Shown: positions 1-6,921 of the stretch, one piece after another
Numbering within the stretch: position 1 is the stretch's first letter
How the letters are laid out: every line of letters begins with the position of its first letter
DNA from: Acidobacteriota bacterium
Lineage (GTDB): Bacteria; Acidobacteriota; Vicinamibacteria; Vicinamibacterales; UBA2999
Direction of reading: 5' to 3'
Length of the DNA: 64,000 bases
Assembly: GCA_030697165.1 (NCBI GenBank)
Contig: JAUYQQ010000016.1
Span: 123,638-187,637, forward strand
The notes under the pieces: model-generated
What the model was told of the DNA's origin: nothing
The model's database searches: none
What the model saw: the letters and a program-made list of their open reading frames with translations, nothing else
Program-made: the position numbers and the translations under genes

Positions 1-699
1 ATGCGCTATGCGCCGCGCCGCATTCTCGGCATGGTGATGTATCAGTTCGGCAGCCAGCGCAACTACGCCGACAATGCCCTGTCGCTGCCGTCCGACAGCA
101 ACAATCCCGATGCGGATTGGGGCCCGGCAGCGCAAGACGTGCGGCACCGCGTCTTCTTTAACTTCAACTCGCCGGTGGGCCGCGGCGTGCGCCTGAGCCT
201 TGGCATGCAGGGGTCGTCGGCGCTGCCCTACACCATCACCACCGGCTTCGACGCCAACGGCGACACGGTGTTCAACGATCGCCCGGAAGGCGTTGCGCGC
301 AACAGCGCCCGCGGCGCGTCGCAGTGGACCGCGAACGTGCGCCTGAACAAGTCGATCGGTCTGGGCGGCGCTCGCGCCGGCGGCGCCGGTTTCCCAGGCG
401 GCATGCCGATGCCCCCGCCCGGCGGCGCCGCCGCCGCGCAGCGCGGCCAGGGCGTGGCCGCGCAGCGTGGTCCCGGCGGCATGGGCGGCCCCGGTGGTGG
501 TGGCGACGGCCCGCAGATCATGGTGATGGAAGGCGGTAACCAGAAGTATCGCCTCGACCTCTTCGTGAACCTGCAGAACGCGTTCAACCGCGTGAACTAC
601 AACGCCTTCATCGGCAACCAGCAGTCGTCGTTCTTCGGCACCCCGACCTCGGCGGGCCCGGCGCGGCGCGTCGAGATCGGCGCGTCTTTCGGATTCTGA
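1..699 (+). CDS. Outer-membrane beta-barrel (TonB-dependent-receptor-like) protein, C-terminal fragment; 5' end outside window
   Basis: ORF open at base 1; ends ...RRVEIGASFGF* (terminal aromatic residue typical of OM barrels); strand-like alternating segments; Gly/Pro/Ala low-complexity loop encoded ~350-520. Confidence 0.55.
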   Translation: MRYAPRRILGMVMYQFGSQRNYADNALSLPSDSNNPDADWGPAAQDVRHRVFFNFNSPVGRGVRLSLGMQGSSALPYTITTGFDANGDTVFNDRPEGVARNSARGASQWTANVRLNKSIGLGGARAGGAGFPGGMPMPPPGGAAAAQRGQGVAAQRGPGGMGGPGGGGDGPQIMVMEGGNQKYRLDLFVNLQNAFNRVNYNAFIGNQQSSFFGTPTSAGPARRVEIGASFGF

Positions 700-710
700 T
701 CCGGGCAGGT

Positions 711-836
711 CAACAGGAGACCAGGAGGTCAGGAGACAATTTTTCTCCTGATCTCTCGATCTCCTGTTCATGCCTGTCAACAGGCGTTCAGAAGGTCAGG
801 AGATAATATTTTCCTGATCTCTTGATCTCCTGTTCA
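711..836. repeat. Two tandem copies of an AT-rich ~60-bp imperfect palindrome (arms AACAGGAGAnCnnGnGnTCAGGAGA / TCTCCTGATCTCTnGATCTCCTGTT)
   Basis: Copy 1 ~711-770, copy 2 ~778-836; related copies at 21486-21550, 29101-29176, 52587-52650; all intergenic just after stop codons. Confidence 0.8.
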
Positions 837-847
837 TACTTATCCCC

Positions 848-1963
848 GTGAACTCGCCGTCGGTGATCGTGATCGGCGCCGGCATTGTCGGCTGCACCAT
901 CGCCCATCAACTCGCCCGGTCCGGGGCGCACGTCAGGGTGATCGAAACCCGCCAGCCGGGCCAGGGCGCGACGCGCGCATCGGCCGGCATCCTTGCGCCA
1001 TACATCGAAGGCCACGAGTCCGCGGTATTGCGGGCGCTCGGCCGCCGTAGTCTCGACCAGTTCGATTCGTTCATCACCGGGTTGCGCGCCGGCAGCGGCC
1101 ACAATGTGGTTTACCAGCGCAACGGCACGTTCGAGCTGGCGTTCGATGATGCGGATGTCGGTCGCCTTACAGCATTGTCGGCAATGCTGTCGAGCGGCGG
1201 TATCGACAACAAATGGGTCCCCCCGCAGGCGTTTGGCGACTACGAGCCGCTGGCGTCAGGCGCCGCGCGCGGTGCCTTGTTCATCGCGACGCACGGGTTC
1301 GTGGGCGTTACCTCGGTGACCCTCGCCGCGGCCGCGGCGGCCGAGCGGCTGGGTGCGACAATCACCACTGAAACAGGGGCGATCCGGATCCATTCGCTGG
1401 CGGCGGGACGCGTTGGCGTCGAGTCGGCTGGTGTCAGCTGGGATGCCGATCGCGTGGTGCTGGCTGCCGGTAGCTGGTCGTCGCAGATCAGCGTGGAGGG
1501 CGCCGAGCATGTGCCCGTGAAGCCCATTCGCGGGCAGCTCATCCAGCTCAAGGCCGAGCCGGGTGCCCTGCGACGGGTGATGTGGGGTCCCACCGGCTAC
1601 CTGGTGCCGTGGCCCGACGGCACCGTGCTCGTGGGCTCCACGGTCGAGGATGTCGGCTTCGATGAACGTCACACGGAAGCGGGCGTTCAAAGCCTGCTGG
1701 CGACGGCCGCGGCCCTGGCGCCGAGCCTGGCCGATGCGCCCATGACCGCCGTGCGCACGGGCCTTCGCCCGCGCGGACCCGACGACCTGCCCATTCTCGG
1801 CCATTCGGCGGTAGTGCCGGGCTTGATCTACGCCACCGCCCACTACCGAAACGGGGTGATGCTGACGCCCCTTACGGTGCAGCTGGTTGACGACCTGGTC
1901 TTCCACCGGGCCGGCGATCCTGCGCTTCGCGACCTGGACCCTGCGCGCCATGGCCGCCTCTGA
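848..1963 (+). CDS. thiO: FAD-dependent glycine oxidase / D-amino-acid oxidase family protein (ThiO-like)
   Basis: GTG start; Rossmann motif VIVIGAGIVGCTIAHQLARSG; C-terminal AHYRNGVMLTP motif as in glycine oxidase ThiO; 371 aa. Confidence 0.65.
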   Translation: MNSPSVIVIGAGIVGCTIAHQLARSGAHVRVIETRQPGQGATRASAGILAPYIEGHESAVLRALGRRSLDQFDSFITGLRAGSGHNVVYQRNGTFELAFDDADVGRLTALSAMLSSGGIDNKWVPPQAFGDYEPLASGAARGALFIATHGFVGVTSVTLAAAAAAERLGATITTETGAIRIHSLAAGRVGVESAGVSWDADRVVLAAGSWSSQISVEGAEHVPVKPIRGQLIQLKAEPGALRRVMWGPTGYLVPWPDGTVLVGSTVEDVGFDERHTEAGVQSLLATAAALAPSLADAPMTAVRTGLRPRGPDDLPILGHSAVVPGLIYATAHYRNGVMLTPLTVQLVDDLVFHRAGDPALRDLDPARHGRL

Positions 1964-1984
1964 GTGACATATCATCGGTTCAAC

Positions 1985-2299
1985 ATGGCTGTACTGACCC
2001 CAACCGATCTCACCGAGCAGCTGAAGGCCCTGGACGGCTGGGGCGTGGCCGGCGACGCCATCCGCAAGGAGTTCACGTTCCAGGATTTTCCTGAGGCCGT
2101 GCTGTTCGTGAGCGCGCTCGTGCCCGGCGCCGAAGACGCCGATCATCATCCCGATATCGAGATCCACTACAAGCGGGTCGTCCTGACGTACTCGACGCAC
2201 TCGGAGGGCGGCGTCACCGCCAAGGACATTGACGGCGCCGCCATGGCCGACGCCGTGGCCGCCAGCCTGCCGCACCTCGAGGAATTCGGCGACGGCTAA
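1985..2299 (+). CDS. 4a-hydroxytetrahydrobiopterin (pterin-4-alpha-carbinolamine) dehydratase
   Basis: ATG 1985 inside ORF 1964..2299; ~104 aa; conserved ...AEDADHHPDIEIHYKRVVLTYSTH... core of PCD/DCoH family. Confidence 0.8.
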   Translation: MAVLTPTDLTEQLKALDGWGVAGDAIRKEFTFQDFPEAVLFVSALVPGAEDADHHPDIEIHYKRVVLTYSTHSEGGVTAKDIDGAAMADAVAASLPHLEEFGDG

Positions 2300-2310
2300 C
2301 TGATCATGGC

Positions 2311-2433
2311 GGGACGGCACTTCTTGTCGGGACGGCACTTCTTGTCGGGAGGGCTTTTCCCGTCGGGACGGTCTTCTTCGCGGCGAACGTTCCCGACCAG
2401 CAACGCCTTCCCGACGGAAGTTGCCCTCCCGAC
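2311..2433. repeat. 18-bp repeat array: four units (GGGACGGCACTTCTTGTC-like) followed by three units in inverted orientation (CyTCCCGAC-N6-TGC); potential long hairpin
   Basis: Units at 2311-2328, 2329-2346 (identical), 2347-2364, 2365-2382, then inverted units to 2433; GTCGGGAGGGC (2344-2354) is the perfect complement of GCCCTCCCGAC (2423-2433); same unit family at 4655-4744 and 10681-10743. Confidence 0.8.
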
Positions 2434-2451
2434 ATGGAGCAGGCTCCCGTC

Positions 2452-2985
2452 ATGAAACTCAAGAAGCTGTATTCATCGCGCGAAGTGGCCCAGCTCACCG
2501 GGCTCAGCGCGCGACAGCTTCAGTGGTGGGCGCAGCGGAAGATCTTTCTGCCTGCGGTCGCCTCACACAAGACCGAGTCCGGCGGCTTTACCGAACGTCG
2601 CTACACCCCGATTGAATTGCTCGAGCTGATGGTGCTGGCGGACCTGCGCCGCAAGGGCTTCACCGTTCAGAAAATTCGCAAGCTGCTGCAGGTGCTGAAG
2701 TCGCGATTCAAGACGCGCCTCTACGACGCCATCGAAGGCGGCGGCTCCGTCACGCTGTTCATCGGCCCTTCGGCAGGCTCCGGGCCGCCCCGAGCGAAGT
2801 CGAGGGGAGACGGCGAGAACATCTACGCCAGGAACGACGCCGGCGACCTGTTCAACCTGCTGGATGATGCCGCGCAGCCGCTGCTGATGCTGGGCGAGGA
2901 CATCAAGCTGCGACAGCTGATTGCGCGTGAGCGGCCGGCGCGCAAGCGCGCCAAGGGCAGGGCGGCCACCCCCAGGCCGGCTTGA
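2452..2985 (+). CDS. MerR-family HTH transcriptional regulator
   Basis: KLYSSREVAQLTGLSARQLQWWAQRKIF helix-turn-helix; ATG 2452 preceded by GGAG (2437-2440), ORF opens at ATG 2434; contains in-frame repeat-derived segment GSGPPRAKSRGDG. Confidence 0.65.
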   Translation: MKLKKLYSSREVAQLTGLSARQLQWWAQRKIFLPAVASHKTESGGFTERRYTPIELLELMVLADLRRKGFTVQKIRKLLQVLKSRFKTRLYDAIEGGGSVTLFIGPSAGSGPPRAKSRGDGENIYARNDAGDLFNLLDDAAQPLLMLGEDIKLRQLIARERPARKRAKGRAATPRPA

Positions 2986-3016
2986 CGCCGCTCGTTCATC
3001 AGACCATAGTAGTCAC

Positions 3017-3310
3017 ATGAAGCGGACCACCAGCGTCGTCCAGCTCAAGGCGCGATTGTCGGAGTACCTGCGGATCGTCAAGGCGGGTCACGAACTCGTG
3101 ATCACGGAACGTGGCGTGCCGGTGGCCCGGGTGGTGCCGCTCGATGAGGCGGAGCGCAAATCGACGCGTCGCGCCAGGCTGGCTCGCGCCGGCCTCCTCA
3201 AGGCGGGCCGGGGAAAACTGCCCAAGTGGTTCCTGCAGGCACCGGCTGGCGAGCCGTCGGGGGTGCTCGAAGCTTTGCTGGAGGAACGTCGCGAGGCCGG
3301 TGACCGCTGA
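3017..3310 (+). CDS. Type II antitoxin, Phd/YefM family
   Basis: ATG 3017 in ORF 2921..3310; N-terminus MKRTTSVVQLKARLSEYLRIVKAGHELVITERGVPVARVVPLDE typical of Phd/YefM antitoxins; stop overlaps toxin start. Confidence 0.75.
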   Translation: MKRTTSVVQLKARLSEYLRIVKAGHELVITERGVPVARVVPLDEAERKSTRRARLARAGLLKAGRGKLPKWFLQAPAGEPSGVLEALLEERREAGDR

Positions 3311-3732
3311 TGTTCTGGGACAGTTCGGCGCTGGTCCCGCTGCTCGTGCCCGAGTCGCAGTCAGTCGTGCTGGCCGCCCTGATTGCCGACGACAAGGAAG
3401 CGACGATCTGGTGGGCCACTCCCCTCGAATGTCATTCGGCGCTGCACCGCCGCCATCGCGAGCACCCGCTGCCCCAGCCGGCCATGACCAGTGCCATCGA
3501 ACGCATTCGGACCCTGGTCGAACACACCGACACCGTCTCGCCGTCTGATGAGCTGCGTCGCCGCGCGGCGCGTCTGCTCGCCGTTCATCCACTGAGGGCT
3601 GCCGACGCGCTTCAACTCGCGGCAGCGCTCTTGTGGTGCGAGGAGCAGCCGCACGCCGAGGGGTTCGTCTCGCTGGACGTCAGGCTGCGCGAGGCCGCGC
3701 TCAAGGAGGGGTTTACGGTGCTGCCGGCGTAG
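3310..3732 (+). CDS. vapC: Type II toxin VapC (PIN-domain ribonuclease)
   Basis: TGATG stop/start overlap with antitoxin; MFWDSSAL... N-terminal acidic residue plus AADALQLA and SLDVRL acidic positions as in PIN domains; 140 aa. Confidence 0.75.
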   Translation: MFWDSSALVPLLVPESQSVVLAALIADDKEATIWWATPLECHSALHRRHREHPLPQPAMTSAIERIRTLVEHTDTVSPSDELRRRAARLLAVHPLRAADALQLAAALLWCEEQPHAEGFVSLDVRLREAALKEGFTVLPA

Positions 3733-3743
3733 ACGTGCGCGCG

Positions 3744-4026
3744 TCACGCGCCCGCAGGCCGGTGCTGCTCTTCCCAGGCGATCAGCTGTTGCCAACGCGG
3801 ATGTATCTCCTCGAGCAACGCCCGGAACGGCGGATGGTCGCGGAGAGACGCGAAGTGCCGACTGTGCTCGCTGAGGAACGGATAGTTCACGAAAGCCCGA
3901 ATCGACAGCCGTTCGCACCCACCGGACGGCCTCGTCATGGTGTCCCATGAGCGCGTAGCCCTCGGCCACGAAGATGGACGCAAACTCGTTCTGCACTGCG
4001 TTGCGCAGGAGCGCGCCGTACGCCAA
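3744..4026 (-). pseudogene. Frameshifted 3' remnant of a TPR-type protein gene
   Basis: Two minus-strand ORFs give one TPR-like C-terminus only when joined across a frameshift near ~3890: 3361..4026 (...FVAEGYALMGHHDEAVRWVRTAVDSGF) and 3744..3983 (VNYPFLSEHSRHFASLRDHPPFRALLEEI...). No N-terminal body upstream. Confidence 0.4.
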
Positions 4027-4065
4027 CGCCCCTTCGGGCCATGCCCGCCTGGCGAAGGTCGCGGA

Positions 4066-4368
4066 CTAGATCTTCTGCCGGAGCATCGGGAAGATCTTCT
4101 CGAGATCTTCCGCCGGGCGTGGAATCACGTGCACGCCGACCAGCTCGCCAACCCGGCGTGCCGCCGCGGCACCCGCGTCGGTCGCAGCCTTCACCGACCC
4201 GACGTCACCACGGACGATGGCGGTGACGAGGCCGGCGTCGACTTTCTGCCAGCCGACAAACACCACGTTGGCGGTCTTGACCATGGCGTCGGCCGCCTCG
4301 ATCATCCCGATCAGGCCGCGGGTTTCCACCATGCCAACTGCTTCGGTGCCGTCAGGTTTGCTCGCCAC
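4066..4368 (-). CDS. Bacterial microcompartment shell protein, BMC-H type (PduA/EutM/CcmK-like BMC domain)
   Basis: 100 aa; [27 protein letters not shown]...[40 protein letters not shown] is near-canonical BMC-H sequence. Confidence 0.85.
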   Translation of the reverse strand: MASKPDGTEAVGMVETRGLIGMIEAADAMVKTANVVFVGWQKVDAGLVTAIVRGDVGSVKAATDAGAAAARRVGELVGVHVIPRPAEDLEKIFPMLRQKI

Positions 4369-4391
4369 GAATGCATTCTACGCTAACGGAA

Positions 4392-4436
4392 GGTGCCTAG
4401 GGTGCCTAGGGTGCCTCAGGTGCCTAAGGTGCTGGG
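4392..4436. repeat. Five tandem 9-bp units GGTGCCTAG (degenerating)
   Basis: ggtgcctag ggtgcctag ggtgcctca ggtgcctaa ggtgctggg; reverse-complement relatives at 13733-13780. Confidence 0.8.
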
Positions 4437-4437
4437 G

Positions 4438-5652
4438 TTAGGTAATGCGCCCGCGGGCGGCGATGGGCAGCGGTTCGACCGTGTCGCCGTCCACCAGCCA
4501 GGCCTGGTCGACCAGGTTCGATACGACACACGAGTGATTTGGCACGATCCGGACGAGGTCGCCGGGCTCGAGCGTGGTCGAGCCGGCCGTGGCTTTCACC
4601 GTCGCGTGCTCTTCTGACAGCCGCTCGATCAGCAGCGTGGTGTCGGCGACCTGCGGTCCCGACCAGAGCCCTTCTCCCGACGAGTAGTTCCCTCCCGACA
4701 AGGCGTGCCCTCCCGACAAGGCGTGCCCTCCCGCCAGCGAGTGAAGCACCGTCCCGTAACCGGGGGCGAGCTGAAATCCGCGAGCCCCGTCATTGGTCAG
4801 GGTCTTTGAGCCAGCGTCGAGGATGATCCGGTCCGCGGCCGGCTTGCTCACCACGCGCGCCAGCACCGTGAGGGCGCAGTCGTCGAGCGTTGCGGCGCCG
4901 AGCGCTACCTGGGTGCGGTCGAAGTAGACGTAGTTGCCGGGCCGGTACTCGGTGAAGCCGTCCTGTTGCAGCGAGAAGCGCGCCGGCGGCGTGGCGCCAG
5001 CGCTCACTTCAGCGATGGCGACTCCCGCCGCGCGGCACCGTGCCACCAGATCGCGCAGCGTCCGTGCCTCGCCCTCGGCCATCTGGCGCAATTCGTCTTC
5101 CGAATGCGCGTGATACGCGTGGCCCGCGTGGGCCAGCAATCCGCGCAGCCGCAGACCGGGAAGCGCGGCGACGCCCTTGATCATGTCCACCGCACCCGCG
5201 GCTGCCGGGTCGATGCCGCAGCGGTGAAACCCAACATCTACTTTCACGAGCACGTCGACCTGCCGGCCCGCGCGCATCATGGCGTCGGACCACTGCCGCG
5301 CTACCACGGGGTGATCGACGATAAACGACAGGTGAGTGCGATCGAGCAGCGCGACTACGCGATCGGCATTGGCCGGATTGAGCGGATAGGGGATCCGGAT
5401 GTCTGGTTTGGCAGCTTGCCCTGAGCGAAGTCGAGGGGCAAACACTTCAGCCTCGCCGAGCTTCGCGCAACAAATGCCGATGGCGCCGCGCGCGATCTGC
5501 CAGCCTGCGACGATGGGACTCTTGTGGGTCTTGGTGTGGGGCCGCAGCCTGACGCCGCGCGCATCCGCCGCGGCCTGCATGCGATCCAGGTTGCGCTCGG
5601 CGCGGGCGCGATCGATCAGGACAGCCGGAGTGGCGAGCCCATTAATGTTCAT
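4438..5652 (-). CDS. PLP-dependent D-serine dehydratase-like / D-threonine aldolase family enzyme (DSD1 family, alanine-racemase N-terminal fold)
   Basis: ATG 5652 (MNINGLATPAVLID...); RLRPHTKTHK PLP-lysine motif, LLAHAGHAY, C-terminal LSEEHA...IVPNHSCVV; carries two in-frame repeat-derived insertions. Confidence 0.75.
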   Translation of the reverse strand: MNINGLATPAVLIDRARAERNLDRMQAAADARGVRLRPHTKTHKSPIVAGWQIARGAIGICCAKLGEAEVFAPRLRSGQAAKPDIRIPYPLNPANADRVVALLDRTHLSFIVDHPVVARQWSDAMMRAGRQVDVLVKVDVGFHRCGIDPAAAGAVDMIKGVAALPGLRLRGLLAHAGHAYHAHSEDELRQMAEGEARTLRDLVARCRAAGVAIAEVSAGATPPARFSLQQDGFTEYRPGNYVYFDRTQVALGAATLDDCALTVLARVVSKPAADRIILDAGSKTLTNDGARGFQLAPGYGTVLHSLAGGHALSGGHALSGGNYSSGEGLWSGPQVADTTLLIERLSEEHATVKATAGSTTLEPGDLVRIVPNHSCVVSNLVDQAWLVDGDTVEPLPIAARGRIT

Positions 5653-5787
5653 GACTCGTCGCCTGTAGTCGACCAATTACTACCGGGTCGTTCCGTAGGA
5701 ACGACCCTTTGGGGGTCGCGGAGCCAGGTGGCGATATTACTGATCCAGCTGAGACGCTCCACTAGGCTCCCGCCCCGGCCACCGCGA

Positions 5788-6921
5788 TCACTGCTGCGAC
5801 TTCTTCTTTGCGGCTTCTCGCTCCTGCGCGCGGGCGCCGCTCATCACGCCTTCGAGGCCGTAGTTGGCCTCGTGGCAGGCGTACTCGTAGACCTGCTCGT
5901 CGGGTCGCATTGCGCGGAACTCCAACTCGCCGGTAAACGGCGCCGTGAACGTGGTCGGATCCTCGACGGTAAACCGGTACTTCAGGGTGGTGGCATCCTT
6001 GCGCGTGAAGCGTTCGGTGACCTTCAGGTTCTCCCACGAGCCGCGAAAGCCGTGGTCCGGGTGGAAATTGGTGGTCTCGACGACGAGCGTGTCGCCTTCC
6101 CAGCGGCCGATCGAGTCGCCGAACCACTGGCGGAAGCTCGCGGGCGGATGCGTGCCGCCCATCCGGACGGTCCGCACGTCGTGCACCATCTCCGTGAGGA
6201 TCATCACGTGGTCCTTCGTCTGCACGATGGTGTAGCTGTTGTTGTAGAAGTAGTTGGGCAGCATGGGCGGCCCCAGGTTGTTACCAAACGACGTGATGCA
6301 GCGCTCGGCGAGCGGCCGCAGTTCGGGATGGTCGAACTCGCCGCCGGCTTTCTTGCGCGCGGCCGCTGCTTCGGCCAGGCGCGCCCGCCCTTCAGCCGTC
6401 AGCGCGGGGACGCGGCCGTTCGGCGGATCGATCAGGATCGAGCTGCGCGGCTGGCCATCGACGCGTAGCACGCGATCGCCGGGATCGACCCAGAACGAGT
6501 TGTAGCCGCCGACCACGCCGGCGCCGGCCTGCCACACGCGCTCGAGGTAGGTCGGTTCGGCGTTAGGGCTCTTGCGCGTTTCGCCGCCCACCGGCGGGGC
6601 GCTGCGATTCGGATCGCTGTCGGCTTCGCGGGCATCGATCGCGTTTTGTGTCTTGCGTTCTTCGTCCGCGGCCGCTTCCTCGGTGAGCACGAGCGGCAGG
6701 TTCGCGCCCATGCGTTCGAGCGGCGTGATGGTGGCGTTGGTCCAGTTGCCCTGGAGGCTGGGACGGCCGTCGCTGGTGCGTGGAATGGCGCCCGCCCGAG
6801 GCGCCGCGGGTTTCTGGGCGGCGGGCTTTTGGCCGGCCGCGGGTTTGGCCGCGGGCGCTTGCGCGCCGGCCGCGACGAGCCCGAGTATCGCGGCGGTCAA
6901 GGTGAGGCCGACGGCTTTCAC
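5788..6921 (-). CDS. Secreted hypothetical protein, paralog of 6918..7787
   Basis: GTG 6921 (VKAVGLTLTAAILGLVAAGAQA signal peptide) overlaps upstream stop (GTGA); shares IGRWEGDTLVVETTNF...LKVTERF core with neighbour. Confidence 0.6.
   Translation of the reverse strand: MKAVGLTLTAAILGLVAAGAQAPAAKPAAGQKPAAQKPAAPRAGAIPRTSDGRPSLQGNWTNATITPLERMGANLPLVLTEEAAADEERKTQNAIDAREADSDPNRSAPPVGGETRKSPNAEPTYLERVWQAGAGVVGGYNSFWVDPGDRVLRVDGQPRSSILIDPPNGRVPALTAEGRARLAEAAAARKKAGGEFDHPELRPLAERCITSFGNNLGPPMLPNYFYNNSYTIVQTKDHVMILTEMVHDVRTVRMGGTHPPASFRQWFGDSIGRWEGDTLVVETTNFHPDHGFRGSWENLKVTERFTRKDATTLKYRFTVEDPTTFTAPFTGELEFRAMRPDEQVYEYACHEANYGLEGVMSGARAQEREAAKKKSQQ

Noticed and set aside
350-520. Gly/Pro/Ala-rich segment in the OM barrel fragment as a repeat-element insertion
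   Set aside because: The DNA shows low-complexity composition but no unit matching any of the dispersed repeat families. From memory, such Gly-rich loops are common near the C-terminus of this receptor class. It is not distinctive enough.
700-847. TPP riboswitch upstream of the ThiO-like gene
   Set aside because: The gap is fully occupied by two copies of the AT-rich palindrome. I could not find the conserved CUGAGA / ACCUGAUCUGGAUAAUGCCAGCG-type thi-box core; there is only a superficial CCTGATCT resemblance.
1256-2338. 360-aa minus-strand ORF spanning the ThiO-like and pterin dehydratase genes
   Set aside because: It is antisense to two well-supported genes. Its Arg/Gly/Ala/His-rich composition without recognisable motifs is typical of shadow ORFs in high-GC DNA.
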